The notes: generated by a model from the sequence alone, not told the origin. A DNA stretch of 64,000 nucleotides from an uncultured virus (IMG/VR IMGVR_UViG_3300036958_000084) (IMGVR_UViG_3300036958_000084), one strand, 5' to 3'. Numbered from the stretch's first letter, positions 18,948 to 30,378 are shown. Translations and numbers: made by a program.

Positions 18948-19147
18948 ACAAGACTGACGAACCTTATGATTGGGCTAGGCTATTCTACATTGGTACAGTC
19001 GTATTACACATGACTCCAAAGCAATTTTGGAGAACCCGTCCGAAGCAAATGAACTTACTCACGCAAGTCCATAGCGAGTTTGTGAACCCACACAGTGCTG
19101 AGAATAAGACTGTACAATATGTCGATCAGGCCCCCTTCTTGATATAG
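18902..19147 (+). CDS. -1 frameshift extension of the tail chaperone (gpGT-like)
   Basis: Slippery A AAA AAC at 18902-18908; the -1 frame reads ...DWARLFYIGTVVLHMTPKQFWRTRP...APFLI*. Confidence 0.85.
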   Translation, partial: KKRSGGHGSSGGAGLNKTDEPYDWARLFYIGTVVLHMTPKQFWRTRPKQMNLLTQVHSEFVNPHSAENKTVQYVDQAPFLI

Positions 19148-19151
19148 TGAT

Positions 19152-19188
19152 AAATAGCTTGTAGGCGGCCTCCTACGAGCTATTTTTA
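19152..19188 (+). terminator. terminator-like hairpin before the tape measure gene
   Basis: aaatagcttgtagg-cggcct-cctacgagctattttt. Confidence 0.7.
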
Positions 19189-19211
19189 TTATATAATAAA
19201 GGAGTGATTAT

Positions 19212-22200
19212 ATGTCGTTACTTGAGAACGTTACGCTACATATGGAACTAGACAATAGTGACTTTAAACGTGAATTTAAAGAAGCAACCACTATTGTAGA
19301 TAAACAAATGAATGCGCTAACATTAGGCGCCGATGCCTTTGCAGCAAAATGGGAAGACATAACGTCTAATCTGCGTAGCTTTAAAAGAGTAGCGTCAGGT
19401 CTCGCAATCTCCGCTGGTATCTATGCTGTTACCGGCGCAATCACGGGTGCATCTGAGGCAATCCTCACTTTCAGAAACAATCTAGAAGCTTCTGAAATCT
19501 CTATGACATACTTCGCTGAGAACGCGTTACAGGCGAAGGAGTACATTAGAGAACTCGAGGACTTTGCGGCATATACACCATTTAGTACTGAAAGTGCTAT
19601 TTCAATGGCGCAGTACTTACAGGCAATGAGCGTGCCTATAAACGCTTCTAAATCAATGCTTAAAGTAATATCTGATACAGCTGCAGCTACTGGTGCTACA
19701 GAGCAGAACATGCAGCGTATCGTTACTGCTTTAGGTCAGATCCTTACAAAAGGTAAGCTGGCTGCTGAAGAAGTTAGACAGCTTGCAAATGCTAATATTC
19801 CTATCTATGACATCCTTAAGCAGCAGCTTGATCTCACAGGCCAGGAGATTAAGAACTTAGGTAATTTGAATATCAATGCATCTAAGGCAGTAGTTGCAAT
19901 CCTTGATGGCTTAAAGGATAGATACGAAGGTGCAGCAGAACAGATAGCAGAAACACTTGGTGGAATGACCGAAACCATCAAAGATGATGCCCTTATTATC
20001 AGCGAAGCCTTCTTCCACGGCTCATTAGACCGTCTAGAAGATAGAATAACTGGCATAAGAGATAAGCTTGATGAATGGCGTAATATTGCATTACATCAAG
20101 GTACAGGTGGCGTGATAACTGCGATTATTGGCGACTTAGACCCAACAGGTTCTGGTAAGCTAGAACAGTTTATTATCGCTGCTATCGCTGGATTTAAAAA
20201 TCTCGGTGATACTATTCATGACTTTGCAACACGTAATGGTACAGCACTTAAGATCTTTACAAGTACAGCATATACCGGCTTAATGTCGCTTACTATTGCA
20301 GCTGATTATCTACTGCGTGTATTTAATAAAGTACAGGCGGCAGGTGATGCATTAGTAGATAAGATAAATCAGCTTACAGGGATGTCACTTACACTTAGTG
20401 ATGTTGTAGCTGGTTTAATGGTATTTAGGACAGTAGGTAAGACGCTGTACTTTGCTGCTAATACTGCTCTTTGGGCAAGTAAACAGTTTGTTACACTTGG
20501 CACAAGCATTACATCTATAATACCAGGAATTGCAAGTGCTAGTGCAATGACGCAGGGCTTAGTAGCTGGCTTACTTACACTTGGTGCAGCAGCTGCTACT
20601 GCATATCTTGGCCTTAAAGCTATTCAGGGTGCTACCGGCGTGTCTGACTCTTCTAAGCTTGTTACTGACGAGTATACAAAGCAGATGGAAGAGTACAATA
20701 AAGCCCTTGAGTCACAGGCAGAGTCTCTTAATGAAGACTATTCCTCCATTGCAGATAACTGGGCTGCAGGCATGTCTGATGCTCTTGATACTACTGAAAA
20801 GAAAGCTAAGAAGACTGCAAAGAAAATCGAAAAGTCGTGGCTTATGTCTTTCGATGAAGTTTTCCAGATTTGGGAAGACCCTACAGCAAAGCTTGCTGAC
20901 GATGATCTTCAGTTATTTGAAGACATTGATTGGGGCTCATTCTTTAAGCTTCCTATATTCAGATTTCCTGAAGAGCTTAAAGATGCACTTGAAGCACCAA
21001 GTTATAACATTGCTGATGCAATAGATACCGCGCGGGGTGAGCTTAGTACACTCAACAAGATACTTCCAGCAGTCATCATGGGCACGTCACTTATCGGCAC
21101 AATCCTTAAGAATAGACGTGATGCACTTGAAAGGTCACGTAATGCTGCTGGTGAAGTAGCTGATGAACTGCTTAATGAGAAAGAGAAGGCTGCTAAGTTA
21201 GATGGCCTTGTAAAGAATACTGATGATGTTAATGAAGCAGCTACTAAAATGGCTGCAGACCTTAACAAGACATCTAAGACTGTTGATAGCATTAATGCAG
21301 AGCGCGTAAAGGCTGCCGCAGAATTAAGCAGTGCTCAGTCAGCAGCACTAAAGGCACAGAAAGCAGAGTTCTCAAAGCTTGTTGGTGCTGAAAAGCTTAC
21401 AGCAGATGCTATGCATAAGGTAGAGCAGGCTACAGAGCGTTTCACTAAACTGCAGGAAACTGAGATACCTTCTCTTAGTGCTAAGGTAGCATATACCTCT
21501 GCCAATATTAAGCAGCTAAAGGATACAGCTGAAAAGACATATAAGTTTATGTCTACTACTGGCTCTGAGCGCGTGCTTAATACTACAGGTATTGAAGCAG
21601 GCACTAATGCTATTGTTAATGCAAAATTGGCTGATGCTGCAAGTGCAATGACAGACAGGTTTGTATTGTTATCTCATGATACTGCAGATATTCTTTCATT
21701 AATGAGCAAAACATATGAAGCTACATCTGAGACAGAACTTACAGACATCAGTAGTTCATTGCTGTCACTAACCAATAAGCAGAATAGAGATATTGAAGCA
21801 CTTACATCAAACATACAGGAATATCTCCGTGTATACACAAGGGCTAGCAATAGTGGTGCTACAAACTTAAATTCTCAGACAATGAAAGAATTAATCAGTG
21901 GTTTGTATGGAACTACTGATAGACAGATAGAAGCATTAGCACACGTCGTTCGTACAACATCTTCAAGAGACCTAGTAGCTGCATTAGGTGGCTCTGTAGG
22001 TAACCAGCTGAAGAATATTCGTTCATCACTTACACTGCTTGAACGTGCAAGTGCTGTAATAGGTGATGTTACAAGTAATGTAGAAATACGTGAATTACTT
22101 GAAAAGCAGTATGCAATGCTTGAGCCATTAACTAAGCCTATAAAGGATGCAGCAAATAAACTTGTAGCAATGCAGGTTATTAATGATGCACGAAGTGCTC

Positions 22201-25200
22201 GTGGTGAAGCTAGCTATATGGCTAATACGCTTAATGATTTAGAGAATGATTTCAAAGAATTATTAAAGCCAATTAGTGAAATACAGAGTATAGTTAAATC
22301 GTCTGACCAGGTTGCATTAGACATAATCAAAGATATGAATACGCTGAATGGTCTTGCGCGTGAAATGACTTCGCTTACTCACCGTATTCTTAATGCACAA
22401 TATACCTCTGATGTAGCCAGCATTGCAGCAGCTACAATAAAATACCTTGAAGGTAATACCGTATTCTCTACTGGAAATGATATTGTTACTAAGTATTTAG
22501 GCAGTAGGATTGATGCAATTTATGATGAAGTTAAGCTGCTTAAGGGAACTGCTACTGCTGATACATCTCTTGAGTTTCTTGATACTATTCGTGAAAGACT
22601 TGGATATGGCACTAATGCAGTTGATACAGCTGCCAGTGATACTGCTAAATCACTTCCTGTATTGCTTAATGAGTATACGGATAAAATAAATGGTATAATT
22701 GTTAATAAAGCAGATAATATTCTTGACAGGTCTAAGAGCATTGTTAATCAGCTCAGCACACTTGGAGCTGTTACAGAAAAAGAGTTCAACAGAGCAACTA
22801 CGCTGCTGGATAAAATTAAAAAGGATGCAGACGAAGCTATTACATATTATCCGCAGCAAAATCTTGAACTGAAAGAATTTGAACGTCAGCTTAAGCTTGC
22901 TGCACAGTATGATGCATTTACATATGCTGCAAACAAGCGTATTACTACTCAAGTATCAAAAGAGCTTTATACAAATATTGCTAAGACGATTGAGGATAGC
23001 AGCTTACAGGCTAGTGATAGAATTGCTAGACGTATAGATACTCTTGTACAGCAGTCAGCTAAAAATAATCCTAGAATTTGGGCATCTGGTTTTGCACATA
23101 ATGCAACTGAAGATATTAAAAAGTTGTATGAAATACTGAGTAGCAATAATACAATACCATCAACGCATTTTACTACTGATGCATATAATGTGCCGATACA
23201 GGTAGATAATCGTGAAGTAGTTTCTTTATTAGATTTTATTACATCCGATGATTATATCAGTAGATATGAGCAGATTATTAATGATGCTACAGACAAGCTT
23301 GGAAATCTCCATGATTTAGCCATACGTGAGCAGCGTATTGGTATGTTGGAGCAGGCATTACAGCAAGGTAACACAGTTCCATTTATACATGGTACCACTG
23401 AAGAGATCATAGATGAGCTTAAAACTACAAATGCATTGCTTGCTGAAAGAGATACGTATCTTAAGCAAATAGAGAATCTGCATACAGAAATAATTAATGA
23501 AGCAATTAAAGCTCGTGATGGCTATTATAATGATGACAAAATACAGTATCAAAGAAACATTACAGACAAAAGTGGTACTAAGCCTGTTACTGATGCTGAT
23601 ATTAGAGCATGGGCCTTTGACGACTATGATAAATATAGTCGTGCGATATTTGGTGCACTTGAAGAAGTTGAAGAGGACGCACTTTCAACTGTAGCGTGGT
23701 TCAATAATACGTATAATGCATTTAAGTTGTATGCTAAAAATCTAGCACTTACAGATTATGCTGGTGGTTATACAGCATGGGATACAAGTGCCAAAGCACT
23801 AGCAGATAATGTTGCAGCAAGATTTTTAGATATTGTTGCAAATCCACAGAGCATTGCAGATGCTGCACGAAAGCTTCTATGGACTGATAGTGGTACAACA
23901 AAGCCTGGTGCTACTTATGATAGTATCATACGTTATCTAACAGATAAGTCATATCGAGTATCTGATGAAGAGGCTATTGGTATACTTTCTGAGTTTAATA
24001 TCCAAGCCGGTAGTATGCTAAATACTATGACAAGTAGCTTAATAGCTGAGCGTGGTCAGCTTGTAGCTGCTGCAACTGTATCTGACGCTACAGGTACAAT
24101 AAGTGGTAGATTAAGCGGAATACTTGCATTGAATGGCGATGTAAATAATGCCCTCGGCGTAATACAGTCATCAATAATAAGTGCAAAAGACTCTGCATTA
24201 TTTAAGTTTGCAGCAGATAATCATGGTGCTATTGTTGAGCTTAGTTCATTCCTTAGGGCAACAGCCGCTAAGGCTCCTGATGTAGCCGCAAACGTGCTTG
24301 GTTCATTCCTTGCTGCACCAAAGCTTAAAGGCATACTTCTATCAATTACCAATGCAAAAGTACCGATATTCTCTAATGGTGCTACTATCTTTGATAGGCT
24401 ACTTAAGGATGCATATAATTCTACTGGTAGACTTTCAACACTGCCTACGTATGATCAGATAAATGAATTACAGCGTATTCTGCAAGACACTGCACGCAGA
24501 AACCAGATACCAGCAGATGCGTTACGTGGTGCTAATAGGCAGGTTACAATAGTACTCGGTAGAGACGGACAGGCAATCCTTGATAATTTCCGTGCAGAGT
24601 TTGCTGAAAAAGCAAATACAATAGTAGACTCTCTTGATATTATTAAGGCAGCAGCAAAAGAAGGCAGAACACTTAATACTAATACATTTACTAATACCGG
24701 CGTTGAATTCGAAACTAGTGCACGTTACCTTAAACGTGATGAGCTTAAGCGTGCATTAGATATGCAGATACTTGCTACGGTAGATAATTACAATGCACTA
24801 TCTGGCTTAGCAAATTCAGCAAAGGATCTTGAAACATACTTTAGAGCTTTGTTAGTAGAGTCAACTACAAATGGTGCTGCTGTTCAAGGCAATATAGCAA
24901 TTATTAATGGCATACTAGATCAGATAAATACTACAGGTAAATTGTCTCTTAAGTTTATGCTTGAGAAGAATGGTATGACTTCTGTTGATATACCTAGCTT
25001 TGAGGGCGCTGCTGGACAGCAGTTAAAACAGGCAATTATTGATGCTGCAAATGAAACTATCGAAAGAACAAATGCATACGTAAATGCAACACAGTTCTCA
25101 TATAATGATGTATGGTCACAGCTAAGTAGTGACATAAAGCAGACGTGGCGTCGTAATGGTGGACAGGGCGCTTGGGGCACATCTAATGACAGTATATGGA

Positions 25201-28200
25201 ATGCACTACATGCAGATAATAGAAATAGTCTGTATATGCTTGAAAAGATGGCAACGTATATTGAGGGTGCGCGTGGATACGCACCCGAGTCGTCAGCTGC
25301 GATTAATGCAGCACTACATGGTTATACACCTTCGTCTGCTGTTCGTTTTCTTGAGCTTATTGCGCACAATACAGATCCGTTAATATTTGAGACTGGCGAG
25401 CAGGCTAATAAACGTCTTCTCCTTGACTACCTTGCAGGTAGACAGAGTACTGCTGATATCCCACAGGCGCTTATTGATAAGTATGCTAATGTTTCAAATC
25501 CTGAATTACGCTATAGCACTAATGCTGTAAATGATACTGTACTACCGACGTTTGAAGATGCAATAAAAGAAACGGCTGATAATACTGCTGCTACTAAGGC
25601 TAATGCAGACGCTACTGACGAACTAATTGATAAAGTAGATGAGTTTTTACGTAATACTGCTGCTACTAAGGCTAATGCAGACGCTACTGACGAACTAATT
25701 GATAAAGTAGATGAGTTTTTACGTAATAGAGCTACTAATGCTAGCAATTATATCCCTTCATCAGATGCTGCATATAATGCAGCTACAAAGCGTATACAGG
25801 ATGCAATTAATAACTTTGAAAAAGCTCCTGAACTTAATGACATAATAGATGAAGACTTTGTAAAAGAATGGTTTGATGATCTTACTACTGAAGGTGCTAA
25901 AAATGCTAGAGGCTTTACATATGCTGGTAATGCAAGAGGCACTGCGGCACGAAATGCCTATAGGAATGGAGTAGCAGATTTTACTAGCGAAGTAGTAGGT
26001 CCAGAAGTATTCTATAATAATGGCACAAGACTTACAAATTCACCATGGTACAATGCAATAATCGATGATGATGTTAGACGTATAATAATGGATAGTCTAA
26101 CAGCAACTCATCACGACGAGCAGAGTAAAGCATTTAGTGCATTTGGTGCACATATTTATTCAGACTATGCTTCATTTGATTTTCTATACGGACAGGGCAT
26201 TGAAGGACATGGCCTAAAAGAAACTGAGAAGATAATAGAAGATGCTGCTAAAGAAGCATTTGGTGATACATTTGATGACTGGGATAGAATAGTCAGAGCT
26301 GCTGATTATGTAAGTGGTGGCGGTGGTGCTCCACCGTCTGGCACACATGGCTTAGGTACACTAAGTGATGCATTTAATAATCCAATGTTCCAGAGTGTAA
26401 TGAACCCAAATGAAGTCGGCATATCTGGCTTAGATTGGGCATTTGCTTTAAAGCACAGCATTGATGCTTTATCTGGTGGTATGGATGAATTTGACCAGGC
26501 TACAGCACGTTGGAACAAGATTACCGGATATGAGATCACTCCGTTAAGCGCGTCAGGTAAGGCAGTAGATAATGGCAACCTAATCAATGTAGGTCAGGCA
26601 GCTATACCTGGTGTACAGAGCTTGGCACTTGAAGGTTCTCTTACATCAATCATCAGTGGTGCCGCAGCCACTGCAATTACGTCAGCATTAGGCCTTACAG
26701 GCGCTGGAGCAGCGGCTGCCGGTGCAGCTGTTACACTTCCAGTAGCGCTTCTTGTATCTGCCTTAATGGCCGCTACTGGTGCATTTAATCAGGCTAACAT
26801 AGCCAGTGAAAACTGGAAAGAAATGCTTGATGATACGACTTGGGCATCAGAGCAGGCTAAAGCACAGGGCGCGTCAGACAAGGAAGCTATGCAGGCACAG
26901 TTGGGCGTAGCACGTGATATCTATACTAACTACTACAATAACATGTCAAGTATTTGGTCTATGTATGACAAGGCCGCAATACGTGACCTGAATAAGTACA
27001 GTGATAATAATTTCACTGGTGAAAAGGATAGGACATCTTATAGATTTGCCGTAGAAGAAATTCTGGGTAGACCAGATATTTACGGACTGCAGAAATCTAC
27101 AACAGACACTGGTTGGTTAAATTACGGTGAGGGCAGGGTCGCTCGTGAGCTTAATGCAGATAAAATGGAGCAGCAACTCTATACACTGTATACTACCGGC
27201 GGCATGGATAAGATACTCAATAAGAAAGGTGGTTATACTGATCTTGAAGAGGATTGGCTATATCGCTTAGATTATCTTGGTGAGTATCAGGTAGCACAGC
27301 TTAATGATTATTATCGTGAGTATGTAAATGCTATTCAGTATATTAATGAGCATACTAAGGAAGAAATAATCGGGCTACTACAAGGCTATAATCTACCTGC
27401 TAATACTATGCAGGACATGATAGAAGGTATAGCTGCTATCTATCGTGCAGGCATAGAACAAATGAACCAGCTTATTGACATTAAGGGTCAATATATAAAT
27501 CTTGGAAGCATTTCTACTGTAGGTCTTGATGAGCTTGCTACAGGTACAGGTAGCGTAATGCGTGCTATGGAGGGTGACCTTACTGGCATTGAGCAGAAGT
27601 ATCTTGACATGCTTTCTGACGCCACTGGTGTGTATGTTTCAGCAATGTCTGCTACTATGTATACATTAGCATATGACATTGAAGCAGTACGTGATAAGAT
27701 GACTGGCTTTACAGTCACATTCCCTGATACAATTAAAGTCGGTACAGATACAATTTCAGTAAAAGACATTGCATCTAATACTAAGTCAGTAGAAATCTTA
27801 CAGGGCATGGGTATCCACATAAATAATGATGGTACTATAACCGTTTCTACTGAGGCTGTGAATGCTAATGAGAGTGGTCATGACCGTAGGATGGCGGTAA
27901 GCTATAGCGATATATCTGCATATGAGCTTGCTGCATTAAGCAATGCTGGTATTGACTTAAGTAATAGTCGAAACGATAAGACTAGAATATCACTTGATGA
28001 AGCTGCAATGCAGAACTCTATTAAGGGTATGACATACAATCTTACTGGTGTAGATCTTCAGGCAGTATCTGAAGCTACCGTTGCAGCCCTTAAAGCAAAA
28101 GGTATTCTACTATCACAAAACCAGGAAACTGGTGCTACATACGCAACAATTACAGATACTGGCTTCATTACCGGTGCTAGCGATATAGCATCACTAATAA

Positions 28201-30377
28201 GCAGTCTTGATCCTGATACAGTCGCTAGAATGTCTGAAAACCTTAAAGGTGCACTTCGTGGTATTGATGCAATTAATGCATTTGGTAACAAGCATGGTGA
28301 GTCTCGTATGGGTTCTGCAGCTGGTATTGAGATTGATACTGGCTTGCTTGGTTCAGAATATTCAGCAGCACTTGAACAGGCATTCTCAGAAGCTGGTGTT
28401 AAACTACAGCGTACAGTAGATGCTGCTGGTAATGAGCATGTATATGCTGCAATCAACAATGTTGGTGAGCAGTGGCACAAAGCTATTACGCAGTGGCGTT
28501 CAAGTGATATAACACCTGAGCTTGAAAAGTTCTTACAGTCGTTAGGCGTAGAAGTTGTAAAGTATGGTGACTACACTATGGTATCTACTGAAGACGTAAT
28601 CAAAAATCTATCCAAGAGTAGTAGCTCAGGTCTAAGAAACATCTTATTTGATAATGCAGAACTTTGGGAACAGTTCCCAGAAGAAACAAGGAATGCATTT
28701 ATAGCAGCTGGTCTTGCAACAGAAGATGGCTTTATAAAGCTCGATGCTGAAGCAATTGACGGTTGGCATAGATTTGAGCTGGATGGACAGACCCATATAG
28801 CTAAAGCTTTTGAAGCCATGGAGCAGGGTATAGTAGATCACTTCATCAAGATGCAGGGTACTACAGTAGTTAGCTGGAGTGCGCTAACTGAAGAGCAGAG
28901 ACTAGCACTTGAAAAGTTAGGCATTACTACTGAGCAGCAGTATAATACAAATTCTGATGAGTTGCTTCAGTTGATTACAGGCAATAATGCAGTTGTGAAA
29001 GATAATGTAGTACAAGGATGGAATACATTATCGGCTGAGCAGAAAGCATTACTAGCACAAATCGGAATAGAAAATGAAGAGCAGTACGCTGCACATTTCC
29101 AGGAATTATATACAATAGGCAATACTGGCTTTGGCATTATCAATGAAGATACTATACTTGGTTGGGATGAACTTTCTGGAACAACTAAAGCAAAGCTTTC
29201 TGAAATGGGTATTACTACTGAAGCACAGTATAATAAGTATCTTGGTGACATGAATGTTGCTACCGGTCAGGGACTGTCTACAGTAGATGCTACAACGGCA
29301 GAGTCACTTCTTAAGATTGGTGTTACGACATCTGCAGGATGGGGCGATATTAAGCAGGTAACAGATACAACACTATCTGAGACTGAGAAGCTTGCCCTTG
29401 GTTACATGAAGTTTGAAGACCTCCCCGAGACAGTAAGAAATGCTTTAAGCATGGAAGCTGGTGTAGGTAAAGACTTACACGATAGCTGGTGGGCTATAAA
29501 TGCTGACGCTGATGAGCAGCTCAATGTATTCAGCAATACAGTAGATGGTATGGCAGCTGATCTTAACAGAGTTAAGGACCTTGCAGCACAACTTAAGCAG
29601 GCACTTGCAGATCCAGGCCTACAGGCCGAAACACTTATGGCTAATCTTGCAGCTGGTTCAGCAACAGCTCTTGCGGCTGCTAAGAGTGGCAGCAATAAGT
29701 GGGCTAAAATGGGTGGTACTTCACACGGTGATGCTCCAGGTGGCTGGGGCGGCGCTTGGGAGAACTGGAACAATAATATCCATATTACTTCTTCTAAAGT
29801 CGGCATTAGTGAAGTACATGCAGACTCTGCAGGTAACCCGATGGTGTATTACATTTACAACTTAAATATCAATGGTACGCCAGGTCAGATTATCAAGAAT
29901 GCTGATGGTGTATGGCACAAATATTATGGTACGCAGGAATACAATGAAAACAATCTTCCTGGATTTAAGCTTGGTGGTATGGTCACTGGTGATGGCTTGT
30001 TTAGAGCCGGTGAGTTTGGTCTTAACGAGGCTATCGTACCGCTTGAGCAGCCACAGGCAATGCGTAAGATAGGTAATGCTCTTGCTGCAGCGCTTCCTAC
30101 ATGGGAGTTAGTAGCTCCGTTACAGCAGGCCATCGGAATGTGTGATGGTGGTGTAGCATCGTTTGATAGCTTCAGATCAGTTCAGAAGGCGCAGTCAGTA
30201 GAAGACATTGTTACACGCATCATGGATGCACAGTCACATAAGGCGCCTGTTGGAAACTCACATGCTACTGAAGACTTAAGACCGCTATATGTAGGTACAC
30301 TGATAGCCGATAAGGCTGGCTTACGTGAACTAGACAGACAGATGAAACGTGTCGTAAGACAGGATGGAGGAATGTAA
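19212..30377 (+). CDS. tape measure protein (3721 aa)
   Basis: N-terminal tape measure domain (FAAYTPF...ALGQILTKGKLAAEEVRQL), hydrophobic segments, C-terminal PGFKLGG...AGEFG.NEAIVPL. Confidence 0.92.
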   Translation: MSLLENVTLHMELDNSDFKREFKEATTIVDKQMNALTLGADAFAAKWEDITSNLRSFKRVASGLAISAGIYAVTGAITGASEAILTFRNNLEASEISMTYFAENALQAKEYIRELEDFAAYTPFSTESAISMAQYLQAMSVPINASKSMLKVISDTAAATGATEQNMQRIVTALGQILTKGKLAAEEVRQLANANIPIYDILKQQLDLTGQEIKNLGNLNINASKAVVAILDGLKDRYEGAAEQIAETLGGMTETIKDDALIISEAFFHGSLDRLEDRITGIRDKLDEWRNIALHQGTGGVITAIIGDLDPTGSGKLEQFIIAAIAGFKNLGDTIHDFATRNGTALKIFTSTAYTGLMSLTIAADYLLRVFNKVQAAGDALVDKINQLTGMSLTLSDVVAGLMVFRTVGKTLYFAANTALWASKQFVTLGTSITSIIPGIASASAMTQGLVAGLLTLGAAAATAYLGLKAIQGATGVSDSSKLVTDEYTKQMEEYNKALESQAESLNEDYSSIADNWAAGMSDALDTTEKKAKKTAKKIEKSWLMSFDEVFQIWEDPTAKLADDDLQLFEDIDWGSFFKLPIFRFPEELKDALEAPSYNIADAIDTARGELSTLNKILPAVIMGTSLIGTILKNRRDALERSRNAAGEVADELLNEKEKAAKLDGLVKNTDDVNEAATKMAADLNKTSKTVDSINAERVKAAAELSSAQSAALKAQKAEFSKLVGAEKLTADAMHKVEQATERFTKLQETEIPSLSAKVAYTSANIKQLKDTAEKTYKFMSTTGSERVLNTTGIEAGTNAIVNAKLADAASAMTDRFVLLSHDTADILSLMSKTYEATSETELTDISSSLLSLTNKQNRDIEALTSNIQEYLRVYTRASNSGATNLNSQTMKELISGLYGTTDRQIEALAHVVRTTSSRDLVAALGGSVGNQLKNIRSSLTLLERASAVIGDVTSNVEIRELLEKQYAMLEPLTKPIKDAANKLVAMQVINDARSARGEASYMANTLNDLENDFKELLKPISEIQSIVKSSDQVALDIIKDMNTLNGLAREMTSLTHRILNAQYTSDVASIAAATIKYLEGNTVFSTGNDIVTKYLGSRIDAIYDEVKLLKGTATADTSLEFLDTIRERLGYGTNAVDTAASDTAKSLPVLLNEYTDKINGIIVNKADNILDRSKSIVNQLSTLGAVTEKEFNRATTLLDKIKKDADEAITYYPQQNLELKEFERQLKLAAQYDAFTYAANKRITTQVSKELYTNIAKTIEDSSLQASDRIARRIDTLVQQSAKNNPRIWASGFAHNATEDIKKLYEILSSNNTIPSTHFTTDAYNVPIQVDNREVVSLLDFITSDDYISRYEQIINDATDKLGNLHDLAIREQRIGMLEQALQQGNTVPFIHGTTEEIIDELKTTNALLAERDTYLKQIENLHTEIINEAIKARDGYYNDDKIQYQRNITDKSGTKPVTDADIRAWAFDDYDKYSRAIFGALEEVEEDALSTVAWFNNTYNAFKLYAKNLALTDYAGGYTAWDTSAKALADNVAARFLDIVANPQSIADAARKLLWTDSGTTKPGATYDSIIRYLTDKSYRVSDEEAIGILSEFNIQAGSMLNTMTSSLIAERGQLVAAATVSDATGTISGRLSGILALNGDVNNALGVIQSSIISAKDSALFKFAADNHGAIVELSSFLRATAAKAPDVAANVLGSFLAAPKLKGILLSITNAKVPIFSNGATIFDRLLKDAYNSTGRLSTLPTYDQINELQRILQDTARRNQIPADALRGANRQVTIVLGRDGQAILDNFRAEFAEKANTIVDSLDIIKAAAKEGRTLNTNTFTNTGVEFETSARYLKRDELKRALDMQILATVDNYNALSGLANSAKDLETYFRALLVESTTNGAAVQGNIAIINGILDQINTTGKLSLKFMLEKNGMTSVDIPSFEGAAGQQLKQAIIDAANETIERTNAYVNATQFSYNDVWSQLSSDIKQTWRRNGGQGAWGTSNDSIWNALHADNRNSLYMLEKMATYIEGARGYAPESSAAINAALHGYTPSSAVRFLELIAHNTDPLIFETGEQANKRLLLDYLAGRQSTADIPQALIDKYANVSNPELRYSTNAVNDTVLPTFEDAIKETADNTAATKANADATDELIDKVDEFLRNTAATKANADATDELIDKVDEFLRNRATNASNYIPSSDAAYNAATKRIQDAINNFEKAPELNDIIDEDFVKEWFDDLTTEGAKNARGFTYAGNARGTAARNAYRNGVADFTSEVVGPEVFYNNGTRLTNSPWYNAIIDDDVRRIIMDSLTATHHDEQSKAFSAFGAHIYSDYASFDFLYGQGIEGHGLKETEKIIEDAAKEAFGDTFDDWDRIVRAADYVSGGGGAPPSGTHGLGTLSDAFNNPMFQSVMNPNEVGISGLDWAFALKHSIDALSGGMDEFDQATARWNKITGYEITPLSASGKAVDNGNLINVGQAAIPGVQSLALEGSLTSIISGAAATAITSALGLTGAGAAAAGAAVTLPVALLVSALMAATGAFNQANIASENWKEMLDDTTWASEQAKAQGASDKEAMQAQLGVARDIYTNYYNNMSSIWSMYDKAAIRDLNKYSDNNFTGEKDRTSYRFAVEEILGRPDIYGLQKSTTDTGWLNYGEGRVARELNADKMEQQLYTLYTTGGMDKILNKKGGYTDLEEDWLYRLDYLGEYQVAQLNDYYREYVNAIQYINEHTKEEIIGLLQGYNLPANTMQDMIEGIAAIYRAGIEQMNQLIDIKGQYINLGSISTVGLDELATGTGSVMRAMEGDLTGIEQKYLDMLSDATGVYVSAMSATMYTLAYDIEAVRDKMTGFTVTFPDTIKVGTDTISVKDIASNTKSVEILQGMGIHINNDGTITVSTEAVNANESGHDRRMAVSYSDISAYELAALSNAGIDLSNSRNDKTRISLDEAAMQNSIKGMTYNLTGVDLQAVSEATVAALKAKGILLSQNQETGATYATITDTGFITGASDIASLISSLDPDTVARMSENLKGALRGIDAINAFGNKHGESRMGSAAGIEIDTGLLGSEYSAALEQAFSEAGVKLQRTVDAAGNEHVYAAINNVGEQWHKAITQWRSSDITPELEKFLQSLGVEVVKYGDYTMVSTEDVIKNLSKSSSSGLRNILFDNAELWEQFPEETRNAFIAAGLATEDGFIKLDAEAIDGWHRFELDGQTHIAKAFEAMEQGIVDHFIKMQGTTVVSWSALTEEQRLALEKLGITTEQQYNTNSDELLQLITGNNAVVKDNVVQGWNTLSAEQKALLAQIGIENEEQYAAHFQELYTIGNTGFGIINEDTILGWDELSGTTKAKLSEMGITTEAQYNKYLGDMNVATGQGLSTVDATTAESLLKIGVTTSAGWGDIKQVTDTTLSETEKLALGYMKFEDLPETVRNALSMEAGVGKDLHDSWWAINADADEQLNVFSNTVDGMAADLNRVKDLAAQLKQALADPGLQAETLMANLAAGSATALAAAKSGSNKWAKMGGTSHGDAPGGWGGAWENWNNNIHITSSKVGISEVHADSAGNPMVYYIYNLNINGTPGQIIKNADGVWHKYYGTQEYNENNLPGFKLGGMVTGDGLFRAGEFGLNEAIVPLEQPQAMRKIGNALAAALPTWELVAPLQQAIGMCDGGVASFDSFRSVQKAQSVEDIVTRIMDAQSHKAPVGNSHATEDLRPLYVGTLIADKAGLRELDRQMKRVVRQDGGM
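25581..25724 (+). repeat. perfect in-frame 72-bp tandem duplication within the tape measure gene
   Basis: NTAATKANADATDELIDKVDEFLR twice, identical at the DNA level. Confidence 0.95.
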
Positions 30378-30378
30378 T

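Noticed and set aside
19421..30133. Many antisense and alternate-frame ORFs inside the tape measure gene (and other long genes)
   Set aside because: Shadow ORFs arising from codon bias, with no SD sites or recognisable motifs.
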